DNA of 64,000 nt from Entomortierella parvispora E1425 (taxonomy: Eukaryota; Fungi; Mortierellomycota): contig BQFW01000005.1 in assembly GCA_020891255.1 (NCBI GenBank), forward strand, positions 930,001-994,000, in the 5' to 3' direction. The translations under genes and the position numbers were made by a program. Below the pieces are notes generated by a model, which was not told where the DNA came from, did not search any database, and worked only from the letters and a program-made list of their open reading frames with translations. Position 1 is the first letter of the stretch. The number at the start of each line of letters is the position of its first letter. Shown here in pieces: positions 21,546 to 33,565 of this stretch.

Positions 21546-21984
21546 TGAATGAACCAACAAACAAGGGAATGAGCGAATGAATGCGTCGCACAGCAGGCAA
21601 GCAAGCAAAGAAGGACAAAGCAAGAAAGCAAGAAAGCGAAACAAAAGAGAACCAAAGGGAAAAAAGGGGCTCACCGCAGCGGTGCGTGCGCTTTTCTTCT
21701 TTCTCTCTGAGGGAAAGGAGAGGGAGACGAAGCGTGGCTGCGCTTGTGGGCGCCCCTTAAAAAAAGAAAAAAGTGTTTACTTGTTCGTTGCGTAGCAGTC
21801 ACTGCTTTCTATTTGCTTTGCTTTGTTGCATGCTGCTGCCTCTTCTTGTTGCTTCATGCACTTTTCATTCCTGGCCGCCTCTCATTGTCGCCTTCCTTTC
21901 CTCCTTTCTTCCTGCTCTCTGCGTCGTTGTAGCTTGTTCTCTTACGCATAGACACGACCGCATCCCCGACATATATCACCAGTC

Positions 21985-24900
21985 ATGCCAAAGTCCAGTA
22001 GCAAGAGGAAAAAGGAGAAGAATGCCGACTTCAAGGTACTGCTCGCAGTCTTGCTACCAAAGCCACGCCTACCTTTGTGCAAAGAATGTACACTCACTAG
22101 GCATCCTGTCTTGATCAAATAGAAAACCAAATTGAAGGTTGGAAAGAAAAAGGCTGTGTCCGACAGCTTCACCGATACCTCCTTCAAGTCTCGAGGTAAA
22201 CACTGGAACGCCTTACCATCTCCTTGGATGAAGCGACCGTCCTCTGGAGACATTGTCCGATCACAATAGGATCTCACCACCTTTATCTTTTTAATTTCTA
22301 GCCATTTCATTGCCCAGTCAGTCCATTACTCATGACAAGACAGCCCTCCTCACCAACTCGCGCAATGTCACGTTCTCGGAGCTCATGACCCAGTTGAAGC
22401 ATTACAGTCCTAGCACTCGGAAAGACGCCCTCCTGGGTCTTCGGGATCTCTTCCACCGTCATCCACACTTGCTGCCTCTTCATCTCGGTGTCCTTGTTAA
22501 CACGATCCTTCGTCTGCTTATTGACGATGTAGGTTCACTTGGCATTGCTGGATCTGATTGAATATGCAAGAGTCCGACAATCGATGCACTAACCTTCTTG
22601 CAATCTCATAGTCCAACATGGTTCGCAAGGGGCTTCAGACTTTCTTGGGAGAGTTTATTCCCATGCTCCATCCTCGTGATGTCCATCCTTTCTTGCCACT
22701 CCTCGTCGTTTATACTTGTTCGGCCATGACACATATTCTCGAAGATATCCGCGAAGATGCTCTCGCCTTCTTGGACTTGTGGGTTGCTGCCGGTGGACAG
22801 ATGGTTGTCAATGGATTCTGGGACAAGGTATGGATCAAATTCAAGCGGATGGCCGGTGTATTCATGGTGATTCCGTTGCTGACTCTCTTTTTCTTCCTAC
22901 AGATCATTCCCAACTACATCTCTCTGCTGACCTCAGACTCAAACGCCACCAATGCCTCAAAACTTTCAAGTGCAATGTCATTCTCGGCATCATCCACTAG
23001 TCGTATGGTTGGCAGTGGATCCACAGCCGTATCAGGAGCAACACAGAAGGTTGTCGCTGGAGCCACTGGAAAGAATGCACCTGGTTCTCTGAAGGCCAAG
23101 AGTGAAGTGTTGCAGAGTTTGGCAGGATTCTTGCAGGAAGGTCTTGGAGGGGAAGGAGGTGAAAAGGATCCATACTGGTTCTTGAGAAACTTTTTGGGAA
23201 CAGCTCATGCACGCCAAGCCTTCAACTCTTCCAGGACTCAGATTGGATCTCAGACACGGAAATCAAAGAAACGCAAATCAAAATCGTCCGAGGGAAGCAA
23301 CAAACGTGCAGCTGGACGTTCAGTACGCAAGGACTCGGCTTCTGGATCAGACGAGGAGGATTCTGATGAGGATTCTGATGAGGAGTCGGACGAGGAGAGC
23401 GACTCGGACAGTGACAGCGAGGAGGAATCTGCCGACGAAGAAAATGCCCTGCAGGATGACGCGCTTCACTTTGATGCCTCCCCTGTAGTTTCTTTTGGAG
23501 AGGCCAAGAGACATCTTGGAGTTCTCGCCACATTCCCAATTCACCCTTCGACAATGTCATCGTCGACTGTCCAAGCCATCTTTGGTCAGACTCAGACCTC
23601 CTCCAACAACATCAGTGGCGCTGCAAGTATTCCCATCAAAGTTTTCCCCCAGCAAGGAGGAGCCAGTGCCTCTGGAGCAGGAGCCATCGTTGGATCAAGC
23701 GGCTCTGGAAAAGCAGGCAATGACAACATGAGTGGCGTTCAAGGAAGACTGGCCCAAATCCGACCTCTCATCTCAACCTTGCATCCCTTGCTGTTGTCAG
23801 TCTGGCTTGATACTGCACCAACTGTTTTCAAGTCCTCAACAACAATCCATGCTGGCCATCCATTGACGATCGTTCATCTTGTCATGAAGATCTGGGGTAT
23901 CCTTTGGAGAGCAGCATTGGCAAGACCCAAGAAGAAGAATATCGACTCGGAGGAGGAACAAGAGGAGGAGAGACAAGAACAGAAGTGGCTCGACGAGTTT
24001 TTGCAAAGCTTGCTCAAGCACGTTTTGATTTACTTTCCCTTTGGCAAAGATACATTGGGTATGACCGACCCAAAGGTAAGTTGAGATGTGCTCTTGGATT
24101 TGAATTAATTGAATATTTGATTTGAAATTTGAAGTCTGATACGTTCTGGTATTCTTTATGTCGCACTCATAGGTGGCATCTCTTCTTCAGGATATGAACA
24201 CCACTTACTGCGAGCTTACCTCCTTGTTCTTGTTGGGATCTGGCACTGGAAGGATAAAACGCGTTCCCAAGAGCAGTTTGAAAAAGGCGCCAGTCGCTGA
24301 AAAGTCGAAGCGTCAAAGTGCAAAGAACGTCAAGTCCTCTTACCGACCCTCAAACAAGTCGTTCAAGAAACAAAAGCAGGCCGAGGAAGCAAAGGAGTCC
24401 TCAGATGATGACGACTATGACAGCGAGGAAGATGAGGAAGTCACTGCTGCCAAATCGGACGATATGGTCTCTATCCAAGTGGAAACCCCGGCCTGGGCAG
24501 ATCAAGTCGTGGACTTTGTTCTTGATACGCTTGGATGGAAGAACCCTGACGCCGAACCAGCCGAGGATCAAATGTCGACGGTGTCTTCCGACTTTAAGCC
24601 TGAGCATCTCATTGCTCTTCTCCCAACCATCTGGACATTGTTGAACTGTTTGGATACTCAGAGAAGAGAGTGGGTATTCGAGGCGTTCATGGCCTACTTT
24701 GATGAGGCACACGTTCAGAGTGGCACCAAGCGCATTGTGCTTCAATTCTTGGCTCTCGTAATCAAGGTATGCATGAACACACATTTTTTCCTTCAATTGG
24801 CTGTTTCTACGTCTTCATGTTGGCTTACAATATACCTTTTTTCTATCCTGTAGCTTCAATCGCACCCCCATTACACAGGATCATTCACCATTTTGGTACC

Positions 24901-25564
24901 CGGAGCACGACCAGGATCTACAAAGGCAATTGCGGGACTGGATAAGAAGGACAGAAAAGAGCAGCGTGCGTCCATCGCCAGGATGTCGAAGCTCCTTTCA
25001 GCTAGCTTGCTCAAGTTGCCCAAGTTGCTTTGGGACCTTGGCACAGAGAGAATTGAGACAACACAGACGGTGCTGGATCTTCTCGCCTGGGTCACTGTTA
25101 TTGCGGGCGATAGTCAGGCAGGTGCCGAAAACGAGGCCGAACGCGAAAATTTCATCCAGACTCTGCAAAGATTTTTGGCGCTCTTCTTCTGTGTCACTGT
25201 CGCTGGTAAAGGTGGTGATCAGGAGAAGAGGACGATCCTGGGGCCATTTGTCAGACTGCCCCTGGCGTTGCAAAGACGTGCTATCGAGATTGTCTTTTAC
25301 TCTGGAGCAGCGAACGTAGTTACTCAAACAGGATCAGGCAAGATGAAGAAGGACACAAAGTTGCCTCCTCTTTTGGCGGCAGTCATGTCTTGTTGTACTG
25401 GTAAGTTCGGGTTGATGGAAGAAAAAAAGAGTTGATGTCTCCAATTCAATACGTCTTTTTAACATGGTTTGTTACCCTGCCTTGCTTCCTTCTATCTTTT
25501 CATAGTCGGCGATCTTTCAGAAGAGACCAGGCTGTATATTGAAGAAACTCTGCAAATAAAGTAA
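21985..25564 (+). CDS. IPI1: Rix1-complex pre-rRNA processing protein Ipi1/TEX10 (multi-exon)
   Basis: Spliced N-terminus MPKSSSKRKKEKNADFK|KTKLKVGKKK..NxTDTSFKSR-like|AISLPSQSI and LKHYSPSTRKDALLGL, LLVVYTCSAMTHILEDIREDALAFLDL (Ipi1_N). The last exon ends EETLQIK-TAA at 25564. Confidence 0.88.
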
Positions 25565-27137
25565 AAAGTTCGTTCATCTTCTCCCCCCCCCCCCCCCCAA
25601 AAAAAAATGGCCGTCATCATGATGAGATTTCTAGTGGCCTATATATGTTTCTTGACCCTTCGATGCGGAAGATTTTAAGTATGTAAGTCTTCTTGCCTTC
25701 GACAGTGACTGTAGAGCAATTGCCAGGCCCTCATGAACGAGAGCGCAAGAATAACAGCTAGGAACTTTATTCAGCATCTAGAAAAGACGTCAATCCCCAG
25801 AGGTGAGAAAGCAGCCACCGCACTTGGGAGCGTGTGTTGCCAGCTTGCCCTCATTTGACACTGCCTTTGCTCCTTTCCTGCCTCGCATCAACACTCCCCT
25901 TTGCATCATCATCGCTTTCTTGTCGACTGTTCGTCACGGTCCGCCTTACCGATCGCTTCTTTGACGACGTCAATCCGCGCGCGTAGGCACGCCTTTGCCT
26001 TTCTTGTGCCTTACTCCTGACATTGTGCCCTCTGAAAGGTAACAACCCAATTTGGATGTAGCCCATGCTGAAACACCCTGTCATGCGCGGCCCCGCTTCT
26101 TTACCTTGGCGGATATACTACTTCTGGGCTCTGCCGGGCGAGGAGTGGCCGCGACAGTGGTGGTCTTCGGAAGAGCTCTCGTGGCATGTGCTCTCTTGGG
26201 CGCCATGTGATCTCTCCGATTGATAAATCTGATTCTTGACCTACAGCTTTCTGCGAGTTTAGCTTCCAACAGCGAAGCACAAGGAATTTTCGATACGACA
26301 CCAGTCATTAGCCGCCCTCCTTTCTTGTGTGCATCAGCTTTTTTTTCTGCTTTCCAGTGAGAATCAAGTTACACAAAAACGAAAGAAGGGCCAATCAACT
26401 CGAAGATTCAAGAAAGTGATTCTCTTGGCCTCGAAGAAAGGAGGCAGGCTATTGACGCGATTATGGCGGAATATGAGGATTTCAACGCGAAGAATATCCT
26501 CCCTGTTCTATTCATGGCATTACATGTCTTCAGGAAATTTTAACACATGGTCCGAACTGCGAAGTGAGGCGGACTGTGCTATGGCCATGGTTGGCCCAAT
26601 TCTGGAGGAGATCCTCCTGATCTCGTCAGTCAAGCTTCCATCAAAGCTGTCTGAACTGGACCTTAATCAAGAGTTTTTTTTTTTCCGTTTCAAGCTTCTC
26701 AGAACCACCAAGAAGTATCTCGAAGAGAGGCGGGAAAGCGCACTACAGGACTACCACCCGTTTCCTACTCTTGAAACCCCTGGGCGTCGTTGTGCCATGA
26801 GCTCCCCTTGCAAAGGATCCAAGATCAAGAAGAGCATCTTTTGAGTGTCACGACTCTTAAACGTGTTTATGCTGTCATGCACGCACGCATGCAGACCAGA
26901 CGACTGAGTCGCCTCAAAAAATAAATCGAGAGTATTCCCCAATCATATAGTTAGGCACCTACCAGACCACACCGGTCTGAGTTCATTTACCGTGATTGAG
27001 AAATTGCAGCGCTGAACAGTTATCGCTGCGATCGGCGGCTGTTCCATCTCTGTTGGGTCAGCACAAGTGGTGCCAGATAGAAAGGGGAGCCACTTTGAGA
27101 GCAAAAGCAGACATCCCCCCCCCCAAATTCCTTTTAT

Positions 27138-27734
27138 TCAGTTCTTGTAACCATCGCTGCTAATACCATTGGCCCAATCATCTAGCCTCTCCTTCACCCT
27201 CAACTTGTCGACCAACTCATCCGCCCTTCTGGCCATCTCATCACGATCCACCGAATGGTATGTGAAGCTGACCGACTCGTCCGTCTCGTCATCATCCTGA
27301 TATTTGCCAATCTGCACAGTGTAAAACGACAAGTAATCACCCTCCAGCTCTGTGAACAGCTGAACGATCGACCGATTGTAGCTGCCATACTCTGGGATGT
27401 TGCGCAAGAACGTCAGCAGCTTGGAATTGTCGGGCAAATGGTTCACGAGGTCGTTGATGCTGGGCATGCTGCGGCTGGAGGGTCCCAGGTACTGCATGAA
27501 GGTCGTCGGGTTCACCTTGATGGTCACCACGTTGGGAAACTCTGCCTGGAGGACGCTGAGGAAGCCCGAGGGGTCAGTGTTCCCAGGCCGGTATCCAGAT
27601 TTGTCTTGACAGTACTTTAGAATGGTGGCCAGGCCATCTTGCTGGTTGGCTCGGTCCGCAAAGGCTCTACGCAATTGAGCATCCGTGTCATCGGCCTTGA
27701 GTCCGACATGGTATCCTGCTGTCACGTCAGCCAT
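27138..27734 (-). CDS. Intronless 198-aa protein of unknown function
   Basis: Clean 597-bp ORF with C/G-ending codon bias, AAAAATG start context, and TATAAAA on the minus strand about 250 bp upstream. No recognisable motif. Confidence 0.7.
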   Translation of the reverse strand: MADVTAGYHVGLKADDTDAQLRRAFADRANQQDGLATILKYCQDKSGYRPGNTDPSGFLSVLQAEFPNVVTIKVNPTTFMQYLGPSSRSMPSINDLVNHLPDNSKLLTFLRNIPEYGSYNRSIVQLFTELEGDYLSFYTVQIGKYQDDDETDESVSFTYHSVDRDEMARRADELVDKLRVKERLDDWANGISSDGYKN

Positions 27735-28588
27735 TTTTTTGTGTCTTTGACAGGGAGTGAGTGAGGCGAAAAAAAAAAAGCAAAGGTTAAAAGAAATTCT
27801 GAGGCCCCGTGTGCATTCGCTAGAGATTCACAGTAGTGACAAACAGCACTCACCAACTGTTTGAGAAATGGTCCCGAGGGTGCTGATTCGAGTGCTGTGG
27901 ATTGTGAGGTATATTCAGAAAAGAAGGAAAGTAAGGGAGTGAAGTTGAAAACGTCGGCGCCCGCCAAAAAAAAGACTTGGGTTTTATAAGGGCTTGTCCC
28001 AACCTCCCGCCCATTGTGCCATAGTACACATCGACCATCGGGGGAGTTTTTTGTGTCCAATGTCATCACTTGCATTGCATGAACAGTGGAGGAGATGTTC
28101 GTTAGCCACTCCATTTTCCTTCTCTTGGAAAGAGATTTTTTGCATTGTCCCGCGGGAATTCTGTTGCGGATAAAGTCTCTGATGACAAACATCCCGCGTG
28201 CTGCATGCAAGAGCGAGGTTTACATAAACAGGGCATAGGTGTGAAGGCTAAAGCCAACAGGATGAAAAGAAAATTTCATGACCTTGCGTCCATCAGGGCT
28301 GCGCCGTTGGCCCAGGCTCGTTCTCCGCGGGGAGAGCAGGATCAGTCCAGAACGCACAAACGCGTTGGCGAGTGCGTGTGTAACATCTATCTTGTGGAGC
28401 CCAGTCTGCAAGGTCCCTCTGGCAGTCATCGACCGTCCGATAGCCTCGGTTGGTTGGATAATCCAAGCCATCAAACAGCCATTCTTTTGGGGTGAAGCAG
28501 TATATGTTTGCTCCTACAGCCATACACCTCCAAGGAGTTGCGAGCGCATCCTCCATAGTCCTTTACGCGACATTTCCTCTTTTTCTTT

Positions 28589-29069
28589 TTATTGATGGTA
28601 CAGGTCGTCATTACGCATCTTCACGCAATTGGACCAGAATCGAGCGGCGCTCTCGCCGTCAACCTCCAAGAGGGTATCATGCGCGTTCGGGTGAATGTCA
28701 TTCAAGGTGCGGCAGCATTCCGCCTGCTTAACAGTTTGACAACAGAGTCCCTTATTGCCGGTCGCACAACCCCTCCTTTCAGTCGTGCACCGAAAGTTGT
28801 TGCCATTAGGGCAATCCGAGTTGCAAAGAGGTAGAGATCCCTCCCAGCCGCAGAAACTGGGATCCCAAGTGACAGCCTGACAGACCCGAGCAAACGCAAA
28901 AAGCGCCAGAATTAAAGCGGGTAGGATGAAAACGATGGTGTGAGCCTGTCAACGGTATCAGGAATCAAAGAAGAGATCAAGAGAAGGCGTATGGTGTCAA
29001 GAGTGTAAGCGACAACTTTGTATATGATCCACATGTTGTCAAATAGGTCCGTACCTTGTTGGAACGCAT
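28589..29069 (-). CDS. Small secreted cysteine-rich protein, 123 aa, 2 exons (absent from the ORF track)
   Basis: Exon 1 29069-29055 (MRSNK), intron GTACGG...GACAG 29054-28946, exon 2 28945-28589. Hydrophobic signal IVFILPALILALFAFARVCQA, then VTWDPSFCGWEGSLPLCNSDCPNGNNFRCTTERRGCATGNKGLCCQTVKQAECC... with 10 Cys in the mature part. TATAAAA about 90 bp upstream. Confidence 0.8.
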
Positions 29070-29957
29070 GCTTGTCAAGTTTGGGGACGTTGTTCTGAGA
29101 TGAGAGGGTCTGGATGTGATCTGTGTCAACTACAGGGGCTTGTATGGGAGTCTACTTTTATAGGGTGGCAGGGTTAGAGAAAAAAAAAAGAAAGCGAGAA
29201 GAGTGATGAACTACTAGGGGCCAGGAAAGGCAAAAAGTATGCAAACCCGACGGAGGAGATCAACAAACTGAAGAAAGCCAGGGATGAAAAAAATGTAAGG
29301 AATGGAAAGGACAGGGGGTGGAAAAAGTGAGAGGTAAGAAACACACGAAAGAGATGAAAAGGTAAGAAGTCAAGGACAATACCGAAAGGCAACGCCGACG
29401 AGTCGCATGATTTTCTTTCTGTTTTCAAGGGGAAGAAATGAGGAAGCTCGATCGACACGGGGGGAGGGTGGCAAATCGCAAGACATGCTAGGCTTGAGCT
29501 GTAGCAGCGACAGGGTGGGAGTATTCGAGAGAAGTCCTCTTTCTTGAGCAGTTGGAGGAAGATTCAAAGTTCGCAACTGCAGCATCCAAACTAAGCGCAC
29601 TAGTGCAACTCCTTGGCCGATTCCCCCTCTTGAGCAACGTTCTTCGAACTTTAAACTGCAGCGCGTGAGCCGTTGCCATCATCTCACCTCACCACATTTG
29701 CCAATTCGCAGCAAACAACCATTTCCTTCGCAAGCGGCACAGCACCAGAAGACAACCTTCCCACGCACGTCCGTGCAGCATGCGGTGACCATTCCTGAAC
29801 AAAAAGAAAGGAAGGAAAAGAATCCCCTCTATTTTTTCTTCAACTTCCCGCCCTTTCCCCCCCCTGTAGTATCCAAAAGCACTAGCAAGGCTATAAGTCA
29901 ATTGACATTCGACGTTTTCTACGGTTCTACTCCATATACTGTAGTGTGAACCAGGCG

Positions 29958-30540
29958 CTATCTAAAGCCGACCTTGATGTTGTAACCCCCGCTGACGACT
30001 GTACTCTGGAATCCAACACTGCCAACACACGAGCCATATTCATATGAAGATAGGATCTTGCCTCCATTGGCGCCGGCGTCTTTGAAGTGGGACTGAAGAA
30101 GGTCACTTCGGTCTCAGGCAGCGCGCTTCAAACTGCGAGATGAACATTCCAAGAGGTGCATTCCACAAACACGGGTCGGGTGCTGGCAAGTTTTCCTGAT
30201 CCAGCAGGCATGGGCACGGCGCCAATGACGGTCGAGGTGCCTGTTACGGTATCCACCAAGATGGCTCGCCAGGCGGTTCCAATAGTGTTCTCGATTTGAA
30301 TGTTGTATTATAGGTGTGGCTGTAGTCTCCGTTGATTTGAGCAGTGCAAGCAACAACTGGCCCACCACTGGCGCCAGATTTGCAATTGGGGTGTCCGGGC
30401 AGAGCGCCGTTCTGAAAAGTCTTGTGGACGACTCCAAAGGCGCTCTTTCCACCCACGTTCGGCTTTGGCAGAAAACCGACGAGACTGACTTGATTGAGCC
30501 CTTTGAAACCAAAGTGCTGGGCTTCAGCCCACCATTGTCC
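29958..30540 (-). pseudogene. Frameshifted relic of a beta-rich, probably secreted protein
   Basis: Joining frames gives GQWWAEAQHFGFKGLNQVSLVGFLPKP...HPNCKSGASGGPVVACTAQINGDYSHTYN / QIENTIGTAWRAILVDTVTGTSTVIG...FVE / *SALPETEVTFFSPTSKT / GANGGKILSSYEYGSCVGSVGF...GGYNIKVGF. At least two frameshifts and one in-frame TGA. Confidence 0.65.
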
Positions 30541-30810
30541 AACTGTCCAGAGTTTTCAAAAATCTCTCCGTCCTAGTTTCTTTAACTTGACGGCAACCGT
30601 TCTCCGGCGCCCCTTGACACGGTGAGTTGCTGACACCATGCCCTTGTTTAGCTACCACGCCGCCAACTACTTCAGGGGCCATTGAAGATGTGCTCTTCGA
30701 CATAGCCTTTTGGCCGAGTTTTTGTCGGTCTGGATCTTCATCTTGAGCATTGGTGGCTAGTCAGTCGTGTCGTGGATGACCCTTTTTTATTTTTTTTTTA
30801 ATATTCTGAT

Positions 30811-33565
30811 CTACCAATAACCATTCCGGCGACCAGCATTCAGGACGTATTGTTGATTTCTCTGTCCACGTCTCACAAGATCTGCAGTCCATCGCATCAG
30901 AGCCCTCCATCCTGCCTCACCCTCTTTTCTGCCCTGTCCCACATACGCCAGGATAGCAAAAGCAATGGGGCTCTTACGCTTGTACAGCACTGCAAACACA
31001 ATCAACAACAGGACCGCGTTGATCAAGCCCTGTCGCAGGATCAGCTTCAGGATACCCCTGGCCGACCTTCGCTCCAATGCCTGAGTCTGTGATTTGATCT
31101 TGAGCGACTCTTGCAAGAGATCCAATCGTTCGTGCAAGACGGAAATGTCGGTCTGGAGTCGAACTACCTCGGTTTCCAGTTGTTGAGTCGACACCAAATG
31201 GGGGCACACCACCGTCACCGACTGATTCGTCACTTGATCCTTCACGACCACCGCGTTGGGGTTCTTGGGCACCCCAGAACTGGATCCACCAGAGAGCGCA
31301 GATGAAGCGGCGCGAGCAGAAGCCGCCGCCAAGCTGCTTCTCAAAGCTGTGAATCTAGATACAATTCCTTGTCCTATCCTCTTGCCTTGACTGGTCGCAG
31401 CATTGACTGCAGATGAAGAGGTGGGGCGAGTTGGCTCCACCGCCATTTTTGAGGCGGGCTCCGTGGCCGATCGCTGATGAAGTCCCGAAGGCTGGGTAAG
31501 ATCGGTCGACTCATTGCTCGCATCTTTTTTGTCCTGATGTTGGGTTGGCTCAATAGCGGGCGCGATAGCTGGTGAAGCTCCTGGTGCGATTCCAGGAGCA
31601 GTGGCAGAGGCCGCTCTAGCCTGAGCAAACATGGCGGCTGGGCACATAGCGCCTGAGGAGGCAGTCTTTTTAGACACTGGACACACGAGTCCCTCCATTG
31701 ATGAAGCCTGGGGCAATGAAGGTGCAGACGCCGAGTGGTGGATCACAGGTTGATTCTGGGTGTCGTTCAGGGATGCCAAAGTCGCCGGTGACTCGGAGGC
31801 ATTGGTGGCATCATGAAGAGCAAAGACGCGGTAAGGCTCCACTCTCGGTGATTTCAGCTCTGCGGATTCCTTGGCCAGGATGTCTGATCTCGAATCCTGC
31901 AAAACGGTGGGAATTTGGATTTTGATGTCCGTGTGAGCTCCTTCTTCCTTGATATCTTCATCCTCATCTTCGGCGTCAAATACGCCTTCGTCAATAAACT
32001 CCTTCACATCCGAGTCTTGGCGGTGAGGTGAGGGTGGAGAAGGCATCTGTGCCACGGTTGGTGAGATGTACGGCAACTGGTTCTCCATTATCCGCTCCTC
32101 TTGCTCGCTTGCGTCATATTCTTCGGACGACTGGTATACATCGTCGTCGTCATCGTCGTCATCGTCATCTTCATCTTCATCTTCATCATCTTCTTCGCTT
32201 TGTTCGTCTTGTTCGTCGTCATCTTTCTCATCGTGTTCATCCGCGTCCTCCACAGTGTTGTCTTTTCCCGTTTCTTCCTTCTCCTGCAGACGGTGCTCAG
32301 CAACTTGCACGGATACGGGCCGTGACTTTTGGACTTCGGCTTCATATGCTTCATCGTCTAGGATTTCTTCCTCGACTACGGTCTCCGTGATTTCGCGGTA
32401 TCCCTGATCATCGTTGTCCGTTGTTTCGTTGAGAGCCTGGTTATTGTCCTCTGCTTCACTGTCGACGATATTTTCACTTGCAAGCTCATAAACAGAGGTT
32501 GCAGCCGACTGAAGTCCTCCTGTTGCGGTTGACCGAATCGACTGACTGAGGGATCCTTTGCGGGCCGAAGATGGGCGCAAGGAGGGTGAAGAGGAGGTCT
32601 GGACTGGTGAAGGAGATGAAGCGGATGAGAATGCAATTTGATCGATGATCGGCGGAAGCTCTTTTTCAGTGTTGATGCTTGAGAAGGTAGGCGAAGACGA
32701 TCGGGAAGGACGTTGCGTGATCTCCTCGGCCAGTTGGTGATGATCCGGATGGCTTCCTGGTTTTGTCAACGACTAGCAGGAAGATGCATAAAGCAGAGGC
32801 GCGTTAGCCATCTTGACCCAGAGATGACTCAATCCATGGTGAATCCTGATAAAAAAAAAAAAAGATTCTTCAAAGACTTACGCTCACAACCAGCTCCACG
32901 TAGGTGTCTTCGGCCTCCTTTGTTGTTTTGCCGCGCATGTTGGCCCACGCCTGCCATTTGCTCCTTGCGGCGATCTCAAAGAAAGCAGGCTTGAGGCCCC
33001 TCACATCGCCTTTGGTCGCTTGCTTGTAAGCTCCATAAAGCTAGTTGAAAGAAAAGAGAGGGAAGGAAACCCAAATGCCAAGCAAAGAAAGAAGAAAAAC
33101 ACGGTGAGTCTGTTGGTCGTGAAAGTGACTTTCACATGTGGGGACAGATCTCTTCATTTTCGTTGGATATGAGCCATTCCAGATCACACAGCAAATGAAG
33201 AGGGGCACACGACATATGAAAGAAAGGATTTTTCTTACCAAGAGCTGATCTTCTGGTGTGAACGAGACAACGTCGCTTCCATTGTTGCTGCTGCTGCTGC
33301 TGCTACTGCTGCCGGTGCTAGAGTTGAGAAGGGTATGGGTATCGGCGATGGCGCGGTTGCTGGCATTGACAACATGGACTGCACGGTCGAACGGCGTCAG
33401 ACCGGGCACAGTGGTGGAGAGAGCAGGCAGGGGTGTGAGAGGTGGGGAGCGAGAGCGTACTGCTGCCTGGGAAAGGGGTCGGTGAGGAGAGGATGGAGAA
33501 GTGGGTGAGAAGGAGGGGGGGAATGTCGATGAAGGAGAGCCAGACGATGGACTTGTTGCTGCCAT
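30811..33565 (-). CDS. Acyl-CoA-binding (ACBP) domain membrane protein, ACBD5/Atg37-like, about 815 aa, 3 exons
   Basis: Exons 33565-33239, 33040-32882 and 32772-30811. ACBP motif FDRAVHVVN...EDQLL|LYGAYKQATKGD...KPAFFEIAARSKWQAW..MRGKTTKEAEDTYVELV, then an acidic disordered middle, a coiled coil (LETEVVRLQTDISVLHERLDLL) and a C-terminal transmembrane segment. Confidence 0.85.

Noticed and set aside
25851-26210. Minus-strand MAPKRAHATR... exon with a GT donor
   Set aside because: No acceptor gave a convincing continuing frame; cannot support a gene.
26329-26844. 171-aa plus-strand ORF that might be a decayed nuclease-like or Crinkler-like gene
   Set aside because: No credible start, runs through a poly-T tract, and has no diagnostic motif. 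Possibly a relic but not assignable.
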